The notes under the pieces: generated by a model | Databases searched by the model: none | Seen by the model: only the letters and a program-made list of their open reading frames with translations | What the model was told of the DNA's origin: nothing | Source: Vibrio cholerae ATCC 14035 | GTDB lineage: Bacteria > Pseudomonadota > Gammaproteobacteria > Enterobacterales > Vibrionaceae | Assembly (NCBI RefSeq): GCF_000621645.1 | Contig: NZ_JHXR01000003.1 | Location: 120,001-152,000 of the forward strand | Length of the DNA: 32,000 nt | Reading direction: 5' to 3' | Translations under genes and position numbers: made by a program | Shown here: positions 1-8,090 of the stretch, piece by piece | Layout: the number at the start of each line of letters is the position of its first letter | Position numbering within the stretch: position 1 is the first letter of the stretch

Positions 1-2435
1 ACGCCTCTTTGGCGGTACTGCGTGAAATCGGCGTAGAAACCGGCGGTTCAAACGTTCAGTTTGGTATCAACCCGAAAGATGGTCGCATGGTGATCATCGA
101 GATGAACCCACGTGTGTCGCGCTCTTCGGCGTTGGCTTCCAAAGCCACCGGTTTCCCAATTGCGAAAGTGGCGGCCAAACTGGCGGTGGGTTTCACTCTC
201 GATGAGTTGATGAACGACATCACAGGCGGCGCAACGCCAGCTTCGTTCGAACCGACCATCGACTACGTGGTCACTAAGATTCCTCGTTTCAACTTCGAAA
301 AATTCGCCGGTGCCAATGACCGCCTGACCACACAAATGAAGTCAGTCGGTGAAGTGATGGCGATTGGTCGTAACCAACAAGAATCACTGCAAAAAGCACT
401 GCGCGGCTTGGAAGTCGGTGCGGCTGGTCTGGATGAGAAAGTGGATCTGGACGCGCCAGATGCCCTGACCAAAATTCGTTATGAGCTGAAAGAAGCAGGC
501 GCAGAGCGTATTTGGTACATCGCGGATGCCTTCCGTGCCGGTATGTCAGTGGATGGGGTATTTAACCTGACCAACATTGATCGCTGGTTCCTAGTGCAAA
601 TCGAAGAACTGGTGAAGCTTGAAGCCGAAGTGAAAGCCGGTGGCTTTGCGGGCTTGAACCAAGACGTATTGCGTAAGATGAAGCGCAAAGGCTTCTCTGA
701 TGCGCGTCTGTCAAAACTGCTGGGCGTTAGCGAAAACGAAATCCGTCGTCTGCGTGACCAATACAACATCCACCCAGTTTACAAGCGTGTGGATACCTGC
801 GCGGCAGAATTTAAGTCAGATACCGCTTACATGTACTCCACGTATGATGAAGAGTGTGAAGCCAATCCGACTGACAAAGACAAGATCATGGTGCTGGGCG
901 GTGGTCCAAACCGTATCGGTCAAGGTATCGAGTTTGACTACTGCTGTGTACACGCCGCGCTTGCACTGCGTGAAGATGGTTACGAAACCATCATGGTTAA
1001 CTGTAACCCAGAAACCGTATCAACCGATTACGACACCTCAGATCGCCTCTACTTTGAGCCTGTAACTCTAGAGGATGTGCTGGCTATCGTGCGTGTTGAG
1101 AAGCCAAAAGGCGTGATCGTGCAGTACGGCGGTCAAACACCACTGAAACTGGCGCGAGCGCTGGAAGCGGCTGGCGTACCTGTGATTGGTACCAGCCCAG
1201 ATGCGATTGACCGCGCTGAAGACCGTGAACGTTTCCAACAAGCGGTACAGCGTTTAGGCCTCAAACAGCCAGACAACGCAACCGTAACCGCTATCGAGCA
1301 AGCGATTGAGAAGTCGCGTGAAATCGGTTTCCCACTCGTAGTTCGCCCCTCTTATGTTCTGGGTGGCCGTGCGATGGAGATTGTGTACGATGAGCAAGAT
1401 CTGCGTCGTTACTTCAACGAAGCGGTGAGCGTGTCGAATGAATCACCAGTTCTGCTGGATCGCTTCCTTGATGATGCAACCGAAGTGGACGTGGATGCGA
1501 TTTGTGACGGTGAGCGCGTGGTGATTGGCGGCATCATGGAGCACATTGAACAAGCGGGTGTTCACTCAGGTGACTCAGCCTGTTCTCTGCCGGCTTACAC
1601 CTTGAGCCAAGAAATCCAAGACAAGATGCGTGAGCAAGTTGAGAAGTTGGCATTTGAACTCGGTGTTCGTGGCCTGATGAACATTCAGTTTGCAGTCAAA
1701 GACAACGAAGTTTACCTGATTGAAGTAAACCCACGTGCTGCGCGTACTGTGCCGTTTGTTTCTAAAGCAACCGGTGCTCCGCTGGCGAAAATCGCGGCGC
1801 GCGTGATGGTTGGACAAACTCTGGAGCAACAAGGCTTCACCAAAGAGATCATTCCACCTTACTACTCAGTTAAAGAAGTGGTTCTGCCGTTCAACAAGTT
1901 CCCGGGGGTTGACCCACTGCTTGGCCCTGAAATGCGCTCAACCGGTGAAGTGATGGGTGTGGGTGCCACGTTTGCTGAAGCCTATGCTAAAGCAGAGTTG
2001 GGCTGTGGCTCGGTTTACCCTGAAGGTGGTCGTGCGCTACTTTCGGTGCGTGAAGGTGACAAACAGCGTGTAGTGGATCTGGCTTCTAAGCTAGTGAAAC
2101 TGGGTTACCAGTTGGATGCGACTCACGGTACTGCAGTGATTCTGGGCGAAGCGGGCATCAACCCACGTCTGGTTAACAAAGTGCATGAAGGTCGTCCACA
2201 CATTCTGGATCGCATCAAAAACCACGAGTACACCTACATTGTGAACACGGCTTCTGGCCGCCAAGCAATTGAAGACTCAAAAGTACTGCGCCGTGGTGCA
2301 TTGGCTCACAAAGTGAACTACACCACCACACTGAACGCCGCCTTCGCAACTTGTATGTCACACACGGCGGATGCCAAAGCATCCGTCACTTCAGTACAAG
2401 AGCTGCATGCGCGTGTAAAAGCGAACCAAGCTTAA
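1..2435 (+). CDS. carB: Carbamoyl-phosphate synthase large subunit, C-terminal ~808 aa; the 5' end lies upstream of the window
   Basis: The frame is open from the window edge to the stop at 2433-2435. The product has the ATP-grasp repeat motifs ([16 protein letters not shown] and [16 protein letters not shown]), the [12 protein letters not shown] motif and the C-terminal MGS-like allosteric domain. It is colinear with E. coli CarB as I recall it. The M at position 9 is an ORF-finder artefact. Confidence 0.97.
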   Translation, partial: ASLAVLREIGVETGGSNVQFGINPKDGRMVIIEMNPRVSRSSALASKATGFPIAKVAAKLAVGFTLDELMNDITGGATPASFEPTIDYVVTKIPRFNFEKFAGANDRLTTQMKSVGEVMAIGRNQQESLQKALRGLEVGAAGLDEKVDLDAPDALTKIRYELKEAGAERIWYIADAFRAGMSVDGVFNLTNIDRWFLVQIEELVKLEAEVKAGGFAGLNQDVLRKMKRKGFSDARLSKLLGVSENEIRRLRDQYNIHPVYKRVDTCAAEFKSDTAYMYSTYDEECEANPTDKDKIMVLGGGPNRIGQGIEFDYCCVHAALALREDGYETIMVNCNPETVSTDYDTSDRLYFEPVTLEDVLAIVRVEKPKGVIVQYGGQTPLKLARALEAAGVPVIGTSPDAIDRAEDRERFQQAVQRLGLKQPDNATVTAIEQAIEKSREIGFPLVVRPSYVLGGRAMEIVYDEQDLRRYFNEAVSVSNESPVLLDRFLDDATEVDVDAICDGERVVIGGIMEHIEQAGVHSGDSACSLPAYTLSQEIQDKMREQVEKLAFELGVRGLMNIQFAVKDNEVYLIEVNPRAARTVPFVSKATGAPLAKIAARVMVGQTLEQQGFTKEIIPPYYSVKEVVLPFNKFPGVDPLLGPEMRSTGEVMGVGATFAEAYAKAELGCGSVYPEGGRALLSVREGDKQRVVDLASKLVKLGYQLDATHGTAVILGEAGINPRLVNKVHEGRPHILDRIKNHEYTYIVNTASGRQAIEDSKVLRRGALAHKVNYTTTLNAAFATCMSHTADAKASVTSVQELHARVKANQA

Positions 2436-2482
2436 TTGGTATTACAACAAGAGAGGCTCAAGGCCTCTCTGACAACCTCTTT

Positions 2483-2506
2483 GCCCGCTCGTCAGCGGGC
2501 TTTTTT
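2483..2506 (+). terminator. Rho-independent terminator downstream of carB, preceded by a second hairpin at 2450-2470
   Basis: Stem gcccgct (2483-2489) pairs with agcgggc (2494-2500) around a 4-nt loop, followed by TTTTTT (2501-2506). An upstream hairpin agagaggc/gcctctct (2450-2470) could serve the convergent minus-strand gene. Confidence 0.8.
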
Positions 2507-2524
2507 ATGCACGGATTTTGGGGT

Positions 2525-3007
2525 TCAGTTTGATGTAGCGTCTGTGGCTACCAATGTCGCGGCAGTGTCGAGCTTGCCATCCTTATCAACCAAAACCAGA
2601 CGTTGATGATCACTTGAGAGTTTGACCCATTTGATCTGCTCAATTTCTGGCTGACGCCAATTCAGGATAAACAGTGATGTATTCTCATCTTGCTCAAAGC
2701 CGCGCTCGGTATTGAGTTCCCCAAGCGTTACCTGCCCATCAACAGACATCCGATAGCCATCACCGTGACCAATGATCTCCAAGCTGACGGATTTACCATC
2801 CACTACGCCATGGTAGATCACACCATCGAAAGCATCGTAGGCAATATCATCCATGCTGTGATCACAACTTTGCGTTGCCTGCTGGTAAGCACCTCCCGCA
2901 TCTAAACAGCGATCTTGAGCGATAAACTCCCGTCCCCAAAATTGATAAAGCAAGCCGATGGAGACAAGGCCAATGCCTAGCAAAGCCGTGATGCTCTTTT
3001 TACTCAT
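2525..3007 (-). CDS. Hypothetical membrane-anchored or secreted protein (160 aa)
   Basis: The ORF has GC content typical of the core genome. The N-terminal hydrophobic segment MSKKSITALLGIGLVSIGLLY suggests a signal peptide or anchor. I recognise no family motifs. Confidence 0.55.
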   Translation of the reverse strand: MSKKSITALLGIGLVSIGLLYQFWGREFIAQDRCLDAGGAYQQATQSCDHSMDDIAYDAFDGVIYHGVVDGKSVSLEIIGHGDGYRMSVDGQVTLGELNTERGFEQDENTSLFILNWRQPEIEQIKWVKLSSDHQRLVLVDKDGKLDTAATLVATDATSN

Positions 3008-3130
3008 GAATATTTCTCTGTCGTTATGTGGTGAAAATTGCCATGCATCATAGTTGGGTTTTATTGGTTGGCCAAAGATATTTGTGAGGCAAATGAAAAG
3101 AGTGGGGGAATTTTCTTCGAGAAGAATGGT

Positions 3131-3142
3131 GGGGGGGGGGGG
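3131..3142. repeat. Homopolymeric G12 (C12 on the minus strand) tract in a region with no supported gene
   Basis: Direct read: ...aatggt GGGGGGGGGGGG cgaagg. It lies 124-135 nt upstream of the minus-strand start codon at 3007. Confidence 0.9.
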
Positions 3143-3619
3143 CGAAGGACACGCTAACCCTTGCCCACTTATCGCGCCACGATTTGCTGAGGCTTGGATG
3201 CTGGTTATTCCAAGTATTCACGAACAGATGTGCCTGTTTTGCTTGCTACAATGTGGCTGGGGCATAAATGGTTTTAAGATCTGCTGCAAGGGCTTACATT
3301 GTTTCCAACTTACAAAGCAGAGGCTATTGGATTTTTGGTGCACTACACTATCGAGTATATTGGTGCTAATGCCCGCAGCTGCAAAGCTGTTTATCTCATT
3401 TCTTTATGAGCTTAAGATCAAAGTTGCCGTTGCGAGTGTTTACACTGTTTTTATCGGCAACATCATGTTTGGCGTAACTAAGATGCTGCTCTATCTCGGC
3501 CCAAGTGCATGTTAGGCGAGTGTTTTTGTTAGCTGCTTATACTATATATTGTTCACCAAGCAGGTATTTTAGGTATTTGTAGTCCGCTACTAACTGAACG
3601 ATAAGCTGGTCTTATATTG

Positions 3620-4237
3620 TCACATTGTAAGTTCTCGTAAAATATATTTAAAATTACCACTTTTTATAAATTTATTGGTTAGTTCATGTCTATTGTGTTT
3701 TGTTGCTTTTAAAATGTATATTAATCTTTCTATTTGTTTTTTTCTTTCTAGTTGTAGGTGTGGTTTATTTAAGCCTAACATGTCGATTGTAGTTTGAATA
3801 CTATGCTTTTCTTTTCTGTTTTTAAACCCGCGAGGATTTATAAAACCATCAGTGTTTAAAGAGAAATGACTATTGCATGATGGTGATGTCGGCTCAATAA
3901 ATAAAATGTTATCTTTCTTTTTTTGTCCACAAGTTTGAGTCTTACGATTTTCTTGAATACATGAAACAGCATAATTACTGTAGGTGAAACAGAGATTAGG
4001 TTGAGCATTTCTTCCCGATTTTGGTTTAATATGTTCAACTTGCATTTCATCAACGCTATATTTTTTTTCACAGTATACACATAGTTCACCTTGGAGAGTG
4101 TGTAGTCTATCTCTTACAATTTTCTTTACTCCTTGAAAGTCATGTGCACTGAAATCTTGAATGGTCAAAGATTGACCTTTTAATTTGACATAATTTTCAA
4201 GTTCAGTAGGAGTATTATTGTGTGATAATGGAATCAT
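3620..4237 (-). CDS. Retron-associated HNH endonuclease (PtuB-like effector subunit), 205 aa
   Basis: This is the last gene of the cassette and starts 12 nt after the ATPase stop. The HNH/zinc-ribbon pattern is present: LCVYCEKK ... VEHIKPKS ... N ... AVSCIQENRKTQTCGQKK. The 205-codon size matches orf205 of retron-Vc95 as I recall it. Confidence 0.8.
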   Translation of the reverse strand: MIPLSHNNTPTELENYVKLKGQSLTIQDFSAHDFQGVKKIVRDRLHTLQGELCVYCEKKYSVDEMQVEHIKPKSGRNAQPNLCFTYSNYAVSCIQENRKTQTCGQKKKDNILFIEPTSPSCNSHFSLNTDGFINPRGFKNRKEKHSIQTTIDMLGLNKPHLQLERKKQIERLIYILKATKHNRHELTNKFIKSGNFKYILRELTM

Positions 4238-4249
4238 AATATTTATCTC

Positions 4250-5871
4250 TTAGTCATCACTTTCAGATTTATCGATAAAAAATTCACGATTTTCTGCTAT
4301 AAAACGCCACATTTCAATGTCTGCTATATCAAATGTATATCCAGTGCTTTCTATGCGTTTTTTAATCTCTTTGGTCTTTCGACAATCTTCTTGTCCTCTT
4401 TTCACCAGAGATTCATATTTTTTTATAAGAGCTAAAATTTCTTCACTATGAACTAATGGAGATTCGGATGTTTCCATGATAGCTAGTGCATCCGAGGCAT
4501 TTTTGCCAAATGGATTGCTTGTTGGAGATAGTAATTTGAATCTATAGTCTAATTCATTAATTATTTTTATTTGTTCCGAAGTAACTGTTGTTAGAACTAG
4601 TGGGCTATGCGTTGATAGGATGAATTGGATATTTGGGAAGGTATTTTCTAGTTTTTGAACAATAGTTTGTTGCCATTTAGGATGTAAATGAAGATCAATT
4701 TCATCGATTAAAACAATACCATATCCATTTAACGGATTTTCTAAGCTAGGATTTAGTATTACTAATCTTCGAGCGATATCAGAAACCAAAGCGATAAGTG
4801 TTTTCTCACCCTGAGATAGATTAAAAATACTAATCTCACTTCCATTTTTTATAACTGTCATATCTAAGTGAGGTGTTCTACTTATCTTAACTTGATCTAT
4901 ATCGGATACAAAAGTTTTTATGGACTCTTGAATTACTTTTTGTTGTCTAATTAAAAATTCTCTATCTTCATTATTGTTGTAATTATTTTTTTTCTCTAGT
5001 AATTGAGAAATAAGACTTCCTATTTTCTCTTTGTTATCAGTCTTAGATAATAAATATTCAATTTCCTCCTTTGTTATAGAGTCATTTGCTTTGAATTCAT
5101 TAATAATATCATCAATTTCTTTGTACCAAGAAAAAAATCATTGAAATTAGATGTGCCATCAAAGGCATTTTTTAGACCTTCACTTTTATCACTATATTTG
5201 GCTTTTTTTCGTTCATAATATTTTACAGCGTCATCTCTTTTAAGAGTTACTGAACGTTCAACTGGATAATAGGCTAATAAAGGGTAAGAGAGAGTATTAT
5301 TATCCAGTTCATTAGAGCGTTGGTACATGCGTGCTAGAGCTTTAAATTCTTCAAGCTCACTAGACACTTTTCTTGATATGTTTTCTCTGTTCTTTGTTAG
5401 GCTACATGAAAAAGAAAAATCATTTTCTATTTCCAAAATACATCTTACAATGGTTTGTCCGCTTATTGAATGGATATTAATTTCTGAATCTTGGAATTTG
5501 TAGTTGTTATTATTTTGGATTCTGATGTTATCAGAAAGAAATTGTAGGCATTTGGATATAGATTCAAGGATAGTACTTTTTCCGGAACCGTTATTACCAA
5601 TAATGATCGTTGTATTTTTTTCTGATGACGTGAATTTTAATTTGGAGAATTTCTTGTAATCATACAAGGAGATATTTCTGAGTCTGATTTTAGCATTGTT
5701 GATAATACGTGACACGTTTCTTAGATATAGTTCACTCTGTTCTATGTCCCTTTCTAAAACTTCACCATCGTAGTAATACTCAGAAACAGTAAAGGATGAG
5801 TACAGATCTCCCTGTTTAGCCTGTCTAATTTTATCTTTAACATATTTGGGGATTCTAGTTGGCTCATTCAT
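4250..5871 (-). pseudogene. Retron-associated ABC/SMC-like ATPase (PtuA-like), interrupted by a 1-nt frameshift in a T7 run
   Basis: The 5074-5871 fragment carries Walker A (GNNGSGKST). The 4250-4861 ORF carries the signature-like LSQGEK, Walker B (VLIDEIDLHLHP) and the H-loop (LSTHSP). My manual translation shows the downstream frame is open from 5137 all the way to 4250. The two frames overlap at the run A7(+)/T7(-) at 5131-5137. One extra T gives a single ORF of 1623 nt, which is 540 aa plus a stop. Confidence 0.85.
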
Positions 5872-6843
5872 TTAGTTACTTCCTCTGAGAATTTTTTCAA
5901 CGATGTTCACTTTATATTTATGGCTAAGTCGATGAATATATATAGGCTCTATATTATATGCGAACGCTAACATCCCTTTCATGTGATTAATTTCATCAAT
6001 GTCAAGATTTTTATTTATGTATTTAAATACTAGAGAAGAGATATATCTTTTCCTACTTCTTCCTATTGATATTTTACTATCGTTAGTTAATGTTATACCA
6101 GTAACATGACGATTGTGCTTTTTAGATGAGAAAACGGTTTTTCTTTTATTAATTATTATTCTTCCAGCATATGTTTGTATAATTAACTGCTCAACTATTT
6201 CTGGTAGCTTATTTAAAGTGTTTTTTATGTTGGTTGAGAATGTGATATCGTCTGCGTACCTGGTATAGTTAATGCCATGCTTAGTGCATATATCATTAAT
6301 TATTTTGTCAAATGGGTACATAATAGCATTGGATATTAATGGTGATATAGGAGATCCAACGCTCAATATTAGCTTTCCGTTCCTTTTTTTACTTGGGTTC
6401 CAGAATATCAATTGTTCTAGTTTTTCTAACTCATTTACTGAAAGTAGAATGTCATTTTGAATTAAACATTGTCGTAGAATGGTTGGAGTAATACTATTAA
6501 AAAAATTTTGGAAGTCCATTTTTAATACATAGGCAGAGTGACTGTGTACTAGAGCATTATCTTTTATACTTCTACCCTTGACATATGCATAGCTTGAGTC
6601 ATGTACCTTCAATAATGGATTTAGGATAGCATTCAAATGGCGCTGACAAATTTTGAGCTTACTAGAAGGATGCGCGATTGTCCGCCGCCCTGCTTTTCTT
6701 TTGGGAATTGAGTATACCTTATATGCATGAGAGCCTCTAACCTCAAGTCTCTCGAACTCCTGAGGCATAATTACATTGTTTGTTAAAAGTTGCTCTCTTA
6801 ATGTGGTTAGTATATTCAATTTTGTCCTTTTAAGAGTAAACAA
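5872..6843 (-). CDS. ret: Retron-type reverse transcriptase (323 aa from a TTG start; the N-terminus is uncertain)
   Basis: RT motifs are present: [10 protein letters not shown] (motif A region), [12 protein letters not shown], and the YADD catalytic box ([11 protein letters not shown]). The retron-specific VTG motif ([22 protein letters not shown]) aligns with the Ec86 RT as I recall it. The gene lies immediately downstream of an msr/msd-like structure. Its stop abuts the ATPase ATG (TAAATG at 5869-5874). Confidence 0.9.
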
Positions 6844-6865
6844 CCCAAGTATAAATTAACTTGGG

Positions 6866-7049
6866 TTGTTGCTAGCTCTTTACTAGAGACAGCGAAATGG
6901 AGGTTTTTCTCTCCTCTCGCAGTTCAGGGAAATGCGAGAGGAGAGAAAAACCTCCATTTCGCAACCCCAGTGTCGTTCAATAAATTTCAGTCTGGCTAAA
7001 CGCCCGACTAGACTAATATGTGTAGTCCATTCGCTAAAGAGCACAACAA
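6866..7049 (-). ncRNA. msr-msd: Retron non-coding RNA (msr-msd); the msd template lies at roughly 6883-6977
   Basis: On the minus strand, a1 is TTGTTGTGCTCTTTA (7049-7035), followed at once by an AGC triplet (7035-7033) with the putative branching G opposite c7034. The context TTAGCGA is the same as in Ec86 as I recall it. a2 is TAAAGAGCTAGCAACAA (6882-6866); it is complementary to a1 with a small bulge. msr hairpins occur at about 6990-7030. A 30-bp msd stem is also present. Confidence 0.8.
6892..6962. repeat. Perfect 30-bp inverted repeat with an 11-nt loop (the msd stem-loop)
   Basis: gcgaaatggaggtttttctctcctctcgca (6892-6921) is the exact reverse complement of tgcgagaggagagaaaaacctccatttcgc (6933-6962). 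The loop is gttcagggaaa (6922-6932). Confidence 0.95.
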
Positions 7050-7077
7050 TTTTAATTCATATAGAATCACTTCACAA
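7049..7077 (-). promoter_or_regulatory. Candidate sigma70 promoter for the retron transcript
   Basis: On the minus strand, TTGTGA (7077-7072) is followed by a 17-nt spacer and TAAAAT (7054-7049), placing initiation at about the a1 repeat. This rests on sequence pattern only. Confidence 0.35.
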
Positions 7078-7304
7078 GCATACCGATTGCGCAGTAATGT
7101 GAGTCTAATGGATCTAATGGATAGATTAATTGAGGAATGGGTATAGGAACCTGTGACCAGCCGCCTAGGGCTAGGTGGTACATGTAATAGGGATATGTGT
7201 AATATCGATGAATAAATGGAATAGATTGTCGTCTTGCGTTTCGCTGTTTTGATGTTTTGAGCAGTGATACTGTTGGGCTTTGTCATTCAAGATGTTGATT
7301 AGAA

Positions 7305-8090
7305 ATGGAACTTTCACTGGAAGTATTGGGGCTGCTGTTTTTAGTGGCGGGAGTTGCGGGATTCATTGATGCCATGGCGGGCGGTGGCGGTTTGCTGACT
7401 TTACCAGCCTTGCTGGCCGCAGGGGTTCCTCCGACTCAAGCTCTGGCGACCAACAAACTGCAAAGCTCCTTTGGTAGCTTTTCGGCCACGCTCTATTTTG
7501 TGCGCAAGGGCGTTGTGAGCCTAAAAGCGATGCGATTGGCGATTGCTTGTACTTTTGTCGGCGCGGCGCTTGGCGCAGAAGCGGTGCAATATATTGATGC
7601 CACTTTGCTGACCAGCCTTATCCCCCTGTTACTGCTCGGAATTTCGCTCTATTTCTTATTGGCACCGACCACCAAAACGCACACAGGGCCTGCGCCTTTA
7701 TCCGAAACCGCGTTTGCCTTCACGGTAGGTTTTGGTATCGGTTTTTATGATGGCTTTTTTGGCCCCGGTACAGGCTCAATTTTTACCGTCTGCTTTGTGG
7801 CTTTGGGGCATTTTAGTTTAGTTGAAGCCACCGCTCGCACCAAGGTACTCAATTTTACGTCCAACATTGCCGCGTTGACCTTCTTCTTAATCGCTGGTTT
7901 GCCGATTTGGGAAATTGGCTTAACCATGGCGGTAGGTGGATTTATCGGCGCTCGTATGGGCGCAAAAGTGGTGATTAGCAAAGGGCAGCGTTGGATCCGC
8001 CCGTTGGTGATCACCATGTCTATGCTGATGGCGCTAAAACTGCTTTGGGAACAGCATCATGCAGCGCTGTTATCAATGCTTGGACTCTAG
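7305..8090 (+). CDS. yfcA: TauE/SafE-family membrane protein (YfcA-like, UPF0721)
   Basis: The 261-aa polytopic membrane protein has an N-terminus GFIDAMAGGGGLLTLPALL ... ATNKLQSSFGS that is characteristic of YfcA/TauE proteins. Confidence 0.75.
   Translation: MELSLEVLGLLFLVAGVAGFIDAMAGGGGLLTLPALLAAGVPPTQALATNKLQSSFGSFSATLYFVRKGVVSLKAMRLAIACTFVGAALGAEAVQYIDATLLTSLIPLLLLGISLYFLLAPTTKTHTGPAPLSETAFAFTVGFGIGFYDGFFGPGTGSIFTVCFVALGHFSLVEATARTKVLNFTSNIAALTFFLIAGLPIWEIGLTMAVGGFIGARMGAKVVISKGQRWIRPLVITMSMLMALKLLWEQHHAALLSMLGL

Larger units (their letters stand above)
3540..7130. other. AT-rich genomic islet carrying the retron defence cassette; borders are approximate
   Basis: Hand counts of sample 60-nt lines give 20% GC at 3661-3720 and 53% GC at 7321-7380. 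All three islet genes are strongly AT-biased and on one strand. No integrase or transposase ORF is present. Confidence 0.7.

Noticed and set aside
3054-3515. A 153-aa plus-strand ORF in the gap between the hypothetical gene and the retron islet
   Set aside because: The product is Cys/Trp/Phe-rich with no recognisable motif. It contains the G12 tract translated as a GGGG run. I saw no ribosome binding site, and it starts with a non-ATG codon. I treat the region as non-coding or decayed rather than as a CDS.
3578-3585. The octamer tgtagtcc(...gcta) is shared between the left islet edge (3578-3585) and the msr region (7021-7028); I considered it as a possible att-like direct repeat
   Set aside because: Only 8 contiguous matching bases. 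The right copy sits inside the functional msr rather than at the islet border. Chance matches of this length are expected in a 32-kb window.
4862-5073. An apparent 212-bp intergenic gap between two separate ATPase-fragment genes
   Set aside because: Manual translation shows the downstream frame stays open across the whole gap up to 5137. The 203-aa piece lacks Walker A and the 265-aa piece lacks Walker B. This is one gene with a frameshift, not two genes with a spacer.
7104-7121. A 9-bp tandem repeat tctaatgga x2 near the right islet edge
   Set aside because: It is too short and has too few copies to call a functional repeat. It may simply be AT-rich slippage. I noted it only as a possible junction landmark.
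7008-7286. A 92-aa minus-strand ORF upstream of the RT
   Set aside because: It runs straight through the candidate retron promoter and the msr region. The product is low-complexity (Ser/Ile/Leu-rich) with no motifs. The ncRNA interpretation explains the sequence better.
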